This document shows, in pieces, positions 1-8,894 of a stretch of DNA of 64,000 bases. Made by a program: the position numbers and the translations under genes. Position 1 is the stretch's first letter, and each line of letters starts with the position of its first letter. This DNA comes from Gemmatimonadota bacterium (GTDB lineage: Bacteria > Gemmatimonadota > Gemmatimonadetes > Longimicrobiales > Gaopeijiaceae). Under the pieces are notes generated by a model. The model was not told the origin of the DNA. It was given only the letters and a program-made list of their open reading frames with translations, and ran no database searches. The stretch is taken from NCBI GenBank assembly GCA_036336795.1, contig JAYZFL010000011.1:6209-70208 (forward strand), read 5' to 3'.

Positions 1-1
1 T

Positions 2-385
2 CGGAGCAAGGATGTGGAGGGGGCGCCGCAGGACCATCCTGACTATCAGAAATATCTGGATGTAACGGAGAGTCTACGGGAGGCGGTGCTCGACGTGATG
101 GACGAGAACCAAGTCGATGTTTTGGTCTATCCGACCTACAATTATCCTCCACGCTTGATTGGAGACTTGAATACAACCTATGGAGCCAATAGCGGGACTC
201 TCTCGCCTCCGACCGGCTTCCCTGCGTTCAACGTTCCAATGGGCTACTCCTTCGGGGAGCTTCCGGCCGGACTGCAAATGCTTGGCCGTCCGTTCAGCGA
301 ACCCGTGCTGATCAGACTGAGTTATGCGTACGAGCAGCTTACACGACACAGGCGCCCGCCGGAAAGTACGCCGCCTCTGCGCTAG
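2..385 (+). CDS. amidase-signature (AS) family hydrolase, C-terminal fragment; 5' end lies outside the window
   Basis: The frame is open from the window edge; the track start at 14 is an internal GTG. The C-terminus TGFPAFNVPMGY..LPAGLQMLGRPFSEPVLIRLSYAYEQLTRHRRPP parallels that of the full-length amidase at 39297-40883 ([46 protein letters not shown]). Confidence 0.8.
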   Translation, partial: RSKDVEGAPQDHPDYQKYLDVTESLREAVLDVMDENQVDVLVYPTYNYPPRLIGDLNTTYGANSGTLSPPTGFPAFNVPMGYSFGELPAGLQMLGRPFSEPVLIRLSYAYEQLTRHRRPPESTPPLR

Positions 386-532
386 CGGACCACCGTGTAC
401 ACGGGTCGTCGGTGAGTACAGGTGCGCGGCCAACAGGCTTCAGAAAGGCCTTTTCTACGGGTACGCGGTTATCCCCCTAAATATCTAACTCCCCTGCTCT
501 AAGGCACCTGGAACAGGCTCAATACGGTGGTT

Positions 533-1687
533 TCAAGCTAACCGACGTAAGACGGTAGCCACGCGCTCGATCTCCTCATCCGTCTGGTAGAAGTGAGGCG
601 CCAGTCGTAAGTAGCCCGCTTGAGTGGTCGCGACGATTCTTTCGGCCTGCAATTGGTCCACGAGGCGAGCCGCGTTCGTACCTATTCGTACCGACAAGAT
701 TCCTGAGCGATGGGCCGGCGCGAACGCTAGCGGACGGATACGGTCCGTGTCGAGCGCATTGAGCAATTGGTCTTGAAGCCGAAAAACCTCCGTGGCGATC
801 GCCTCGATCCCGTATCGCAGGAAAACTTCCTCGAGCACGGTTTCGATACTCGCAAGATGTTCCCAGGGTAGGGTGCTGTACTCGAAACGACGAGTGTCCT
901 CACGTGGGTCCAATGAGTGGTTCAAGTAGTCAAGGTGGTGATTCATGGCCGCGTCGCCGGCCATCGTGATTCGAAGCTTCCGTCTAAACTCCGGTGCCAG
1001 GTAAAGTAGGCCCGCTCCCCGCGAAGCGAGGAGCCACTTCCACGCCGATGACACCACCGCAGAGATACCGTATTCCTTCGGATGGATGGGTAGGACGCCA
1101 AAACTTTGAGCGGCATCGATCACAAGGTCGATCCCCCGCTCTAGACAGAAGTGACCGAGCTGCTTTAGGTCCGCAGCGTAGCCGCTTGCGAACTGTACAT
1201 GGCTAAGGGCCACCACGCGCGTGCGCTCCGTCGTCTTGGCCTCCAGCTCTTCCATGGACCAGCCACGCGGGGCGCCGATTGGCAGGTTGCCGATCGGGTC
1301 CACGTCGGAAAGGAGAATCAGTTCGACCCCTCGCTCGGATTGAAGCGCCCAGGGGTAGTGATTGGACGGAAATTCATGAACGTAGCTTATCACCTGGTCA
1401 CCGGGCTCGAAGGGGTAGCCGTTCGCGATCAATCCGATGCCCTCAGCCGTATTGCTCACGTATGCGATGTCACCCACGTCGACCTTGAAAAAGGTAGCTA
1501 CTCGGTCACGGAAGGTCGTGAGCGCACGTCCGTACCGATCACGCAGCAATACACCTTCCTCGGAGTGAGTTTCGACAAAGTCACACGCCGCCCGCGCTGC
1601 TGGGCCATACATCGGTCCGATCGCAGAATGAGCCAGGTACACATAGTTCTTCCGGATGGGGAAAAGCGTTTCACTTTTGTCAAACAC
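533..1687 (-). CDS. class V aminotransferase-fold PLP enzyme (cysteine desulfurase / isopenicillin-N epimerase-like); specificity unknown
   Basis: 384-aa ORF. It has the N-terminal YLAHSAIGP, DAAQSFG and SSAWKWLLASRGAGLLY (PLP-lysine region) pattern typical of class V aminotransferases. Confidence 0.7.
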   Translation of the reverse strand: MFDKSETLFPIRKNYVYLAHSAIGPMYGPAARAACDFVETHSEEGVLLRDRYGRALTTFRDRVATFFKVDVGDIAYVSNTAEGIGLIANGYPFEPGDQVISYVHEFPSNHYPWALQSERGVELILLSDVDPIGNLPIGAPRGWSMEELEAKTTERTRVVALSHVQFASGYAADLKQLGHFCLERGIDLVIDAAQSFGVLPIHPKEYGISAVVSSAWKWLLASRGAGLLYLAPEFRRKLRITMAGDAAMNHHLDYLNHSLDPREDTRRFEYSTLPWEHLASIETVLEEVFLRYGIEAIATEVFRLQDQLLNALDTDRIRPLAFAPAHRSGILSVRIGTNAARLVDQLQAERIVATTQAGYLRLAPHFYQTDEEIERVATVLRRLA

Positions 1688-1872
1688 TGACTTGCCTCGT
1701 CACACGTTGCCCAACGCTCTTGGCGCTCCATGGTAATCCGGCGCGTTTGTACTATCCACCCCGGATCGCTCAGAGTAGGTTGAGTTCGGCCTGGACGTCG
1801 AGTCCCGACAAGGCAATCCGACCGTTCCGCTTTAGTCGAGCTCCTTCTGACGACATAACCGAGGCTTGAATC

Positions 1873-2133
1873 ATGCCCCAGCAAGTACCCCCGCCCGTCC
1901 CAAATGATGATGAATTGAATGCTTATATCCAAACACGATACGCTCTTCTTGGCATCGATATTTCGGTGTTGCCGGAGGTCGATCCTGAGGCGCCGATGGA
2001 TCAGGAGCGACTGCTCGCGAACGCACGATTGATCTTACGCCAGGATGCCGAGGTAGCGGCTTTCCAAATCGACCCCCAATTCAACTTACCTATGCCTTTC
2101 CCGGCGCCATTTACAGCGTGGACGCAGGAGTAG
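1873..2133 (+). CDS. small hypothetical protein (86 aa), candidate accessory subunit of the downstream amidase
   Basis: ATG at 1873 has GAGG about 8 nt upstream. The stop TAG at 2131-2133 lies 5 nt before the amidase ATG, and the amidase SD lies inside this ORF. No signal peptide; Pro-rich C-terminus. Coding status is inferred from context only. Confidence 0.45.
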   Translation: MPQQVPPPVPNDDELNAYIQTRYALLGIDISVLPEVDPEAPMDQERLLANARLILRQDAEVAAFQIDPQFNLPMPFPAPFTAWTQE

Positions 2134-2138
2134 CTTCA

Positions 2139-3680
2139 ATGTTGCCTCAAGACGAATTGGTGTCGCGGCGCTGGTTCTTGAACCGCATGGCCTGGGCTTC
2201 CTCTGCGGCCGCGGGTATAGCGTTGCCCGGCGCACCTGCAATTGCGGGTACGCGGGAGTGGGTGATCCCGGAGGAAGCCTTCACTCCTTCCGGTTCTTCT
2301 CAGGCGCTCGACGATCTAACTGAACTTACTCTTTCTGAAACCATGACACTCGTCAGAAGCGGTCGCTTGGCACCGGTCGACCTGGTCAACGCTTATGTGG
2401 ACCGTATCGAAGCCTATGACAGGGTCTATCAGGCGTACGCGGACCGGCCCACACGAGATAACCTGTTGGCCCAGGCTATGCGAAGACCTGTGGGTAGTCC
2501 TGGGGCACCACTTCGTGGCGCTTGCCTCGCTCCGAAAGATAATTTCTACACCGCAGACTTACTCACCGAGGGAGGCTCCTTGGTCTACGAGGGTTTTCGG
2601 CCCGACTACGATGCTACCGCCGTATCATTGATGCGTGCAGCAGGAGGTCTTGTGGTCGGAAAAGCGCAGATGGGTAACCTTGCGGGAGGTCGCGCGCGGC
2701 GGTACGGCACAACGATCCCTACAACGCGGAACGCGTGGACTCCGGACGATGTGCGATACAGCCCGGCGGGCTCCTCTTCCGGAACAGGCGCTGCGGTTGC
2801 AGCACGGCTAGCCGTTGCGGGGATAGGAACGCAGACCGGGGGCTCCGTGATCGGTCCCGGCAACGCGGAAGGGCTCACGTGTATCAAGCCCACCTTCGGA
2901 CGTATTTCGTTACACGGTGTAATACCGTTGAGCTACACACGAGATCACGTTGGGCCCATGGCGCGTAACGCGTTGGATGCGGCGATACTGCTCCAGGTGC
3001 TTGCCCAGCCTGATCCGAACGATCCTCGTACGCTCGGTTTGCCACCTGCGCCTAACTACATCTTGGCTGCGACTCCCTTCGGTGGTGACCGTCCACGCGT
3101 ACGTTGGCCAACCCGTGTTGGCATCTGGCCGGACTACCTGTCGGAAAATGACGAAAGAATCAAACAGCTACGCACGGCTTTTATCGCCGAGTTAGAGCGG
3201 AATCCGGGCGTACAAATTATCCCCGACGTGACACTCCCGGATCAGTGGAATGAGCTTACTTCAGACCCGCTCGGTGGGTCTCATGGGGATCCGACGGCGT
3301 TCTTCATTGAGCATCTACGCAAAGACGTGAGGAATTTTGCAGACCGCCTCCCTCGTTTCCTGAACGGTATGCTTCAGAGTGCCGATACGTATGTGAAGGT
3401 CCAGCAAGCCCGAAACCTACTTCGGCATCGGATGCTCACGCAGCTCTTCAACCAGTGCGAAGTTGTGCTCACGACATCGACAGGTGCGTTTGACGGCGCA
3501 GGCCTGCCTCTAATGTGTATGCCGATCGGCTTTGGCACGGAGCCTAACACCGGCAACCAGGTGCCGAGAGGCGTCGTGATGGCAGCGCCGCCCTTCGGGG
3601 AAGAACGGCTCTTTGCTGTAGCCGCGGCATGGCAGGCGGTCACGGACTTCCACCGACAGCGGCCGCCGGATCCGGCCTAG
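2139..3680 (+). CDS. Tat-exported amidase-signature hydrolase
   Basis: Start chosen at ATG 2139, with AGGAG at 2126-2130 (spacing 8); the track's GTG 2118 is an alternative. Twin-arginine signal SRRWFLNRMAWASSAAAGIALPGAPAIAG. AS motifs KDNF, SPAGSSSGTGAAVA and GTQTGGSVIGP are present. Confidence 0.85.
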   Translation: MLPQDELVSRRWFLNRMAWASSAAAGIALPGAPAIAGTREWVIPEEAFTPSGSSQALDDLTELTLSETMTLVRSGRLAPVDLVNAYVDRIEAYDRVYQAYADRPTRDNLLAQAMRRPVGSPGAPLRGACLAPKDNFYTADLLTEGGSLVYEGFRPDYDATAVSLMRAAGGLVVGKAQMGNLAGGRARRYGTTIPTTRNAWTPDDVRYSPAGSSSGTGAAVAARLAVAGIGTQTGGSVIGPGNAEGLTCIKPTFGRISLHGVIPLSYTRDHVGPMARNALDAAILLQVLAQPDPNDPRTLGLPPAPNYILAATPFGGDRPRVRWPTRVGIWPDYLSENDERIKQLRTAFIAELERNPGVQIIPDVTLPDQWNELTSDPLGGSHGDPTAFFIEHLRKDVRNFADRLPRFLNGMLQSADTYVKVQQARNLLRHRMLTQLFNQCEVVLTTSTGAFDGAGLPLMCMPIGFGTEPNTGNQVPRGVVMAAPPFGEERLFAVAAAWQAVTDFHRQRPPDPA

Positions 3681-3706
3681 AGATCTCTGGAGGATCCGGA
3701 GTCTTC

Positions 3707-4585
3707 TTAAGGGAGTTGTTCTTCGGTTAGCCCCTCGTAGCTTTCAGGACGTCGGTCACGGACGAAGGGCCAGATTTTACGGACCTCCAAGATGTCGTCG
3801 AGGTCAAGATCAGCGACCACAACTTCATCCCGGTCTCGTGACCCTTCGGCGACGATCTCTCCGCGCGGATCACAAAAATAGCTCTGCCCGTAGAACTCAC
3901 CGAACTCCCAAGGCTTCTCAATCCCCACCCGATTGATTGCTCCTACGAAGTATTGGTTTGCTACCGCACATGCTGGCTGCTCTAACTTCCAGAGGTATTC
4001 GGATAAACCGGAGACGGTTGCCGACGGATTGAAGACGATCTCGGCACCATTGAGCCCGAGCACACGGGCCCCCTCCGGGAAATGCCTATCGTAGCAAATA
4101 TAGACTCCGACCTTTCCATAACGTGTTTTGAACACCGGATAACCTTTGTCTCCCGGACTAAAGTAGAATTTCTCCCAGAATCCAGGGGCACAATGAGGAA
4201 TGTGGTTCTTTCGGTAGATTCCGAGCAGTGAACCGTCGGCGTCGATAACAGATGCCGTGTTGTAAAATTTGCCAGGTGCTGGTGTCTCGTAGATTGGTAG
4301 GACCATAACCATTTCGTATTTCTGCGCGATCTCTTGGAAGATGGCTGTCGTGGGCCCCGGGATCGGCTCAGCGATGGCTTTCCAGCGTGCGTCCTCCTCG
4401 CAACAGAAGTAGGGACCGTAAAAAATCTCTTGAAGGCAAAGAATCTTTACTGCATCACGCGCCGCCTGCTCCACTAGGTCTACATGCTTGGCGATCATTA
4501 ACCGCTTAATCTCAGTGATATCAAACTCTACTGGTGACCAATCGCAGGACGATTGGATTAAGCCACAACGAATATTTCTTGCCAC
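3707..4585 (-). CDS. carbon-nitrogen hydrolase (nitrilase superfamily), beta-ureidopropionase / N-carbamoyl amidohydrolase-like
   Basis: Shows LCLQEIF (catalytic Glu region), YRKNHIP (Lys) and VYICYDRHFPE (Cys), plus a SATVSGLSEYLW pattern like beta-alanine synthases. Start set at GTG 4585, which has a perfect AGGAGG 9 nt upstream; the longer track ORF (to 4732) is probably an over-extension. Confidence 0.8.
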   Translation of the reverse strand: MARNIRCGLIQSSCDWSPVEFDITEIKRLMIAKHVDLVEQAARDAVKILCLQEIFYGPYFCCEEDARWKAIAEPIPGPTTAIFQEIAQKYEMVMVLPIYETPAPGKFYNTASVIDADGSLLGIYRKNHIPHCAPGFWEKFYFSPGDKGYPVFKTRYGKVGVYICYDRHFPEGARVLGLNGAEIVFNPSATVSGLSEYLWKLEQPACAVANQYFVGAINRVGIEKPWEFGEFYGQSYFCDPRGEIVAEGSRDRDEVVVADLDLDDILEVRKIWPFVRDRRPESYEGLTEEQLP

Positions 4586-4813
4586 GTTCTGGTACCTCCT
4601 GAAAATAAAAGGGCAAATTGAACACTTCATACCCACGGTATTCTTGCTCGAAAGGTAGTGTGAACTTATCGACCGATCGGGCAAGTACTCAGTCGCGTTG
4701 GGCATCTGGTCTATTGCGTAGGGGCGAACCACTTGCCAGGCCGGGGGAGGCTGATCAGGATGAGTGCGAGCACCGCAGAGTTTTCCCTCGGTCCTAAGTA
4801 TTTTGGAGTGACC

Positions 4814-6496
4814 ATGAACGAAGAGCGGTTTCGCGAACTACTCAGAAAACGTGGAGTTCTCTATCCGGCGAACCACCCCCTTAGGGACGACATCAGTGGA
4901 ATTGACCGTAGAGAGTTCGTGAGAATCACCGGAGCCGCTGGGGCCGCGCTCGCGATGGGTGGAGGAAGCCTCGGTTGTCTGCCCGGGGATTCTCCTATGC
5001 GCGGGAGAGGTCCTGCTCCGGATCCGGTAGAGCGGGAACTTGCGCTACTAGCTCTCGACGAAGCCCGATCGGCGGGAGCGAGTTATGCGGATGTGCGTGT
5101 TTCGCGGCATTGGAACGAATCAGTCAGCACTCGTGAGCAACAGATCACCAACGTCAGCAAGAGTGATTCCTACGGCATTGGTGTGCGTGCGCTCGTAGGT
5201 GGATCATGGGGATTCTCCGCGACACGGGACCTGAATCGAGACGCCGTTGCCTCAGTGGCTCGCGAAGCGACCGCGATCGCTTCCGCGAACGACCGAGTTG
5301 CACCGAGCACAACGGTACTCGCTCCGGTTGAGCCTATCCCGGATGGACGTTGGGTGACCCCTCACACGATTGATCCATTCGATGTCTCGGTTGAGGAAAA
5401 GTCTGATCTTCTGTTCCGTGCCAATGAAGCGGCCCTGAGAGTAGCTGGCGTGCAGTTTGTATCTTCAAGCATCGGTTCAGTGAAGGAAAGTCGTTTAGTA
5501 GCTACGAGCGAGGGATCGGTCATCCAGCAGACTTCCATTCGCATGAATCCGAGCATGAACATCACGGCGGTGTCGTCGGATCGCTCGGATTTTCAGAGTC
5601 GGGGTGCGGTCGCGGAACCAGCGGGTCGAGGTTGGGAATATGTGGCGGGGCTGGACTTTCCGGGTAACGCTCCGCACTGGGCAGAAGAAGCCGTAATGAA
5701 GTTGAGTGCGGCTCCGGTCGACGCAGGCACGTGGGATTTGATCCTTCACCCGTCTAACCTCTGGCTCACCATCCACGAGTCAATCGCGCATCCGACGGAG
5801 CTCGACCGGACTCTAGGATACGAAGCTAACTATGCTGGTACGTCGTTCATCTTTCCTCCGGAGGAGGCGCTCAATAACCTCCGGCTTGGCCAGGATTTCA
5901 TGACGTTCATGGGTAATCGGACCGAGGAGGGCGGATGTGCCACGATCGGTTGGGACGACGAGGGTGTGCCGGCCACGTCTTGGCCCATCATCAAGGATGG
6001 TATTTTCGTCAACTACCAAACCACCCGAGAGCAAGCCGCTTGGATCGCCGACGAGACGGGTGTGACGAACAGCCTCGGCTGCTCGTACGGAATGAACTGG
6101 GCGAATATCCCGTTTCAGAGAATGCCCAACGTCAGTCTGATGCCCGGAGACCAAGACCTGAGTGAAGATGATGTTATCGCCGCGACCGACCGTGCCATCA
6201 TGGTAGAAGGGCGAGGTTCCTACTCCATTGACCAGCAGCGATACAATTTCCAGTTCGCGGGACAGGTGTTCTGGGAGATCCGAGACGGAAAGAAATACCG
6301 GATGCTGCGGGATGTCGCATACCAAGGGCGAACACCGGAATTCTGGAACTCTATGTCCGTGATCGGTGGGCCGAGCACCTATTACCTAGGTGCCACGTTC
6401 GGCGATGCCAAGGGTCAGCCCGGTCAGTCGAACGCCGTTTCTCATGGGTGTCCCATGGCGCTTTTTCGCGACGTCAAAATCCTTAACACCGCCTGA
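4814..6496 (+). CDS. TldD-family metallopeptidase with twin-arginine (Tat) signal
   Basis: ATG 4814 has GGAG 5 nt upstream. Tat motif DRREFVRITGAAGAALAMGG. HESIAHPTELD matches the TldD HExxxH-type zinc site. Length is about 560 aa. Confidence 0.85.
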   Translation: MNEERFRELLRKRGVLYPANHPLRDDISGIDRREFVRITGAAGAALAMGGGSLGCLPGDSPMRGRGPAPDPVERELALLALDEARSAGASYADVRVSRHWNESVSTREQQITNVSKSDSYGIGVRALVGGSWGFSATRDLNRDAVASVAREATAIASANDRVAPSTTVLAPVEPIPDGRWVTPHTIDPFDVSVEEKSDLLFRANEAALRVAGVQFVSSSIGSVKESRLVATSEGSVIQQTSIRMNPSMNITAVSSDRSDFQSRGAVAEPAGRGWEYVAGLDFPGNAPHWAEEAVMKLSAAPVDAGTWDLILHPSNLWLTIHESIAHPTELDRTLGYEANYAGTSFIFPPEEALNNLRLGQDFMTFMGNRTEEGGCATIGWDDEGVPATSWPIIKDGIFVNYQTTREQAAWIADETGVTNSLGCSYGMNWANIPFQRMPNVSLMPGDQDLSEDDVIAATDRAIMVEGRGSYSIDQQRYNFQFAGQVFWEIRDGKKYRMLRDVAYQGRTPEFWNSMSVIGGPSTYYLGATFGDAKGQPGQSNAVSHGCPMALFRDVKILNTA

Positions 6497-6506
6497 GGAG
6501 CGAGAA

Positions 6507-7880
6507 ATGAAACTTCATCACTCCCAGGAGGTGTCCTCCCGCCGTGGCTTGTCCTCGGATGAAGTGCGAGAGCTTTGTGAGCTCGTGCTGAGCTTTGCCC
6601 AGGCCGACCACACTCGGGTGAGTGTTAATTCAGGCTGGCGCGGGTTCACCAGGACGGCGACTAACCGTATTACTACGGCCGGTGGAAGCACAAATACCAC
6701 TGTCCGAGTCATGAGCGTCTTCGGTCAGCGTGTCGCGAGTGTCACGACCAACAACCTGGATCGGAGCGGTCTGGAGCAGACTGTCAGAGATGCCGAAGCA
6801 CTCGCCAGGCTCTCACCTGAGGATCCGGAATATTTGCCTGAGCTCGGACAGCAGGAATACGGGAGTGTCGAGGGGTATTACTCGAGTACCGGCGACCTGG
6901 CTCCCGCAACACGTGCGGAGGCTATGGTGCTGGCTCTAGATGCGGCGAGAGAGTCCAATACGGTCGCGGCTGGCTTCATGGATGTTCAAGCGGGTGTCCA
7001 GGCCCTGGCGACCTCCAAGGGTCTGTTCGCTTATTACCCGTCGACTGGAGTTGCTTCCACGCTGACGGTGCGGACGCCTGATGGTCAGTCATCCGGTTGG
7101 GCGGGGGACGAAGCTGCGGATTGGACGTCCATCGAATCGCAGCGAATCTCAGCGGCTGCAGTTCGAAAATGCCTGGATTGGCGAGGAAAAGGGGTGCTCG
7201 ATCCTGGAGAATACGAGGTGGTGTTGGAACCTACGGCAGTTGGCATGCTAATGCGGAACATGCGGAGCACGTTCGATGCGCGGACGGCGGATGAGGGACG
7301 ATCCTACTTTTCCAGGAGCGGAGGTACTCGTGTCGGGGAAAAGGTCTTCGATGAAAAGATAACCATTAGGAGTGACCCTGGAGCTCGAGATGCCGAGACA
7401 AGCCCGTTCATCGGGGACGGGTCCTCCGTGCGCCCTGAAGTGTGGGTCGAGAACGGAGTTCTGAAAGCACTGTCGTACAGCCGCTCCTGGGCTGATCGTC
7501 GGGGCGTCGAGCCCAGACCGCCCCCACAGAACCTGATTATGTCGGGAGGTGATGCGACCGTTCAGGAGATGATCGAGTCAACCCGCCGGGGGGTATTGAT
7601 CACCCGATTTTGGTATATCCGAGGGTTGAATCCGAGGACAATGTCATATACGGGGCTCACCCGGGACGGAACTTTTCTGATTGAGAACGGCCGGATCAGC
7701 CGACCGGTTACGAACTTCCGGTTCAATCAATCTATGGTATCGTTCTTACAGAACGTCGAGATGTTAGGTCTCCCTACACGGGTCGCGGCGAGTGAAAATA
7801 GCTCGGTATCGGCGCCCATCGTGGTTCCGGCGTTGAAGGTCAGAGGATTCAATCTCGCAAGCGTGAGCGACGCGATTTAA
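6507..7880 (+). CDS. TldE/PmbA-family protein (non-catalytic partner type), no recognisable signal peptide
   Basis: ATG 6507 has GAGGAG at 6495-6500 and lies 11 nt after the TldD stop. It has the TldD/PmbA fold pattern without an HExxxH motif. The N-terminus MKLHHSQEVSSRRGLSSDEVREL is hydrophilic. Confidence 0.8.
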   Translation: MKLHHSQEVSSRRGLSSDEVRELCELVLSFAQADHTRVSVNSGWRGFTRTATNRITTAGGSTNTTVRVMSVFGQRVASVTTNNLDRSGLEQTVRDAEALARLSPEDPEYLPELGQQEYGSVEGYYSSTGDLAPATRAEAMVLALDAARESNTVAAGFMDVQAGVQALATSKGLFAYYPSTGVASTLTVRTPDGQSSGWAGDEAADWTSIESQRISAAAVRKCLDWRGKGVLDPGEYEVVLEPTAVGMLMRNMRSTFDARTADEGRSYFSRSGGTRVGEKVFDEKITIRSDPGARDAETSPFIGDGSSVRPEVWVENGVLKALSYSRSWADRRGVEPRPPPQNLIMSGGDATVQEMIESTRRGVLITRFWYIRGLNPRTMSYTGLTRDGTFLIENGRISRPVTNFRFNQSMVSFLQNVEMLGLPTRVAASENSSVSAPIVVPALKVRGFNLASVSDAI

Positions 7881-7948
7881 CGGACGGTGTCAAGCTGTCG
7901 GGAAAGGGTCGGATCTCTCAACCCAGCACCGTTTATCCCACCTTAGGA

Positions 7949-8611
7949 TCAGGGTCTGTGTCGCGTGACTGGCAAAGAGATATGGAGATGATTGGCTGTG
8001 CCCACACGGTGGAGATTTTGGAATCCCATTAACTGGAAATACATTACGGTCAAGCGGTTTCTCCATTCGCTGCGATCAATAGTGCGGATGTCCATGGCGT
8101 GAACGTACCGGTCTTCCAGCCTGAAGTGGAGCAAAGCTTCATTGACTGGGACACCGATTCTCAAGTAGTCCTCTACTGTTCGCTCTGGGTCTGTAACCAC
8201 GCCGTCACGATCGAAGAGCAGGTAGGTGCTTGCCCCCATTCTCATGAGCGGATGGAGAGACGAATAGTACTCTTTGAGTTCGGGATTGTTGGCGTTTGCA
8301 GGGGAAAGATAAAGAAGCCCGTACCCACTGTACCCGACGACGGCGACGGCAAGTACGCGTTGCATCACCATGCTTCCTCGGTGTTTCTCTGTGGCCCACT
8401 TCCGCAGCCACGCGGTATACGCCAAGAACGCGAACGCAGTGGCGGATACGCCTACCGTCAGTGAAGGCCACGTGTCCCAGCCCCACTGCTGGTAGGCGTA
8501 CATTGATCCCTGCACCAAGACGATGAATAGGAAGGTCAGAGCTGTGATCCACTTCAAGGAGATCCAGGTGAAGTGAACTGCCAGACCCAGAGTCTTCAAT
8601 TGTGGGTACAT
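7949..8611 (-). CDS. hypothetical integral membrane protein
   Basis: Several hydrophobic segments (ALTFLFIVLV, VGVSATAFAFLAYTAWL, VLAVAVVGYSGYGLLYL) are followed by a soluble C-terminal domain of about 100 aa. Start is uncertain (ATG 8611 or TTG 8641). Confidence 0.5.
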   Translation of the reverse strand: MYPQLKTLGLAVHFTWISLKWITALTFLFIVLVQGSMYAYQQWGWDTWPSLTVGVSATAFAFLAYTAWLRKWATEKHRGSMVMQRVLAVAVVGYSGYGLLYLSPANANNPELKEYYSSLHPLMRMGASTYLLFDRDGVVTDPERTVEDYLRIGVPVNEALLHFRLEDRYVHAMDIRTIDRSEWRNRLTVMYFQLMGFQNLHRVGTANHLHISLPVTRHRP

Positions 8612-8894
8612 TTTTCTCGCCCGAAGACTCAATAAGTTCAAATTCAGAATGCCCTCCCGCTCTCGATCTATGTCGATCTCCCCTCGCCCGAAAACTCTTC
8701 TGCCGAAGGTCGGCAGGTGCCGCGAGCCGCACCTCGTTGTACGATTCTAACTCGGAGAGGCTCAAAGGTGGAGGGAGGCGATCCACATCACGCATACCCT
8801 GAAGCCGAACTTCGGGTATCCTGACCGGCCTATTGGAAAAGTGTTTGGGAATACTCGTAGATAGGGTTGGAAGATCAAAACTGAGGATAACATC

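Noticed and set aside
7949-8200. YVHAMDIR ... ANHLHISL in the C-terminal domain of the membrane protein looked like the H-x-D / HxH zinc ligands of LAS-type (M15/M23) peptidases.
   Set aside because: The HxxD spacing matches neither the M23 (HxxxD) nor the M15/VanX (Hx6D) pattern, and no other family motifs are visible. This is too weak to call.
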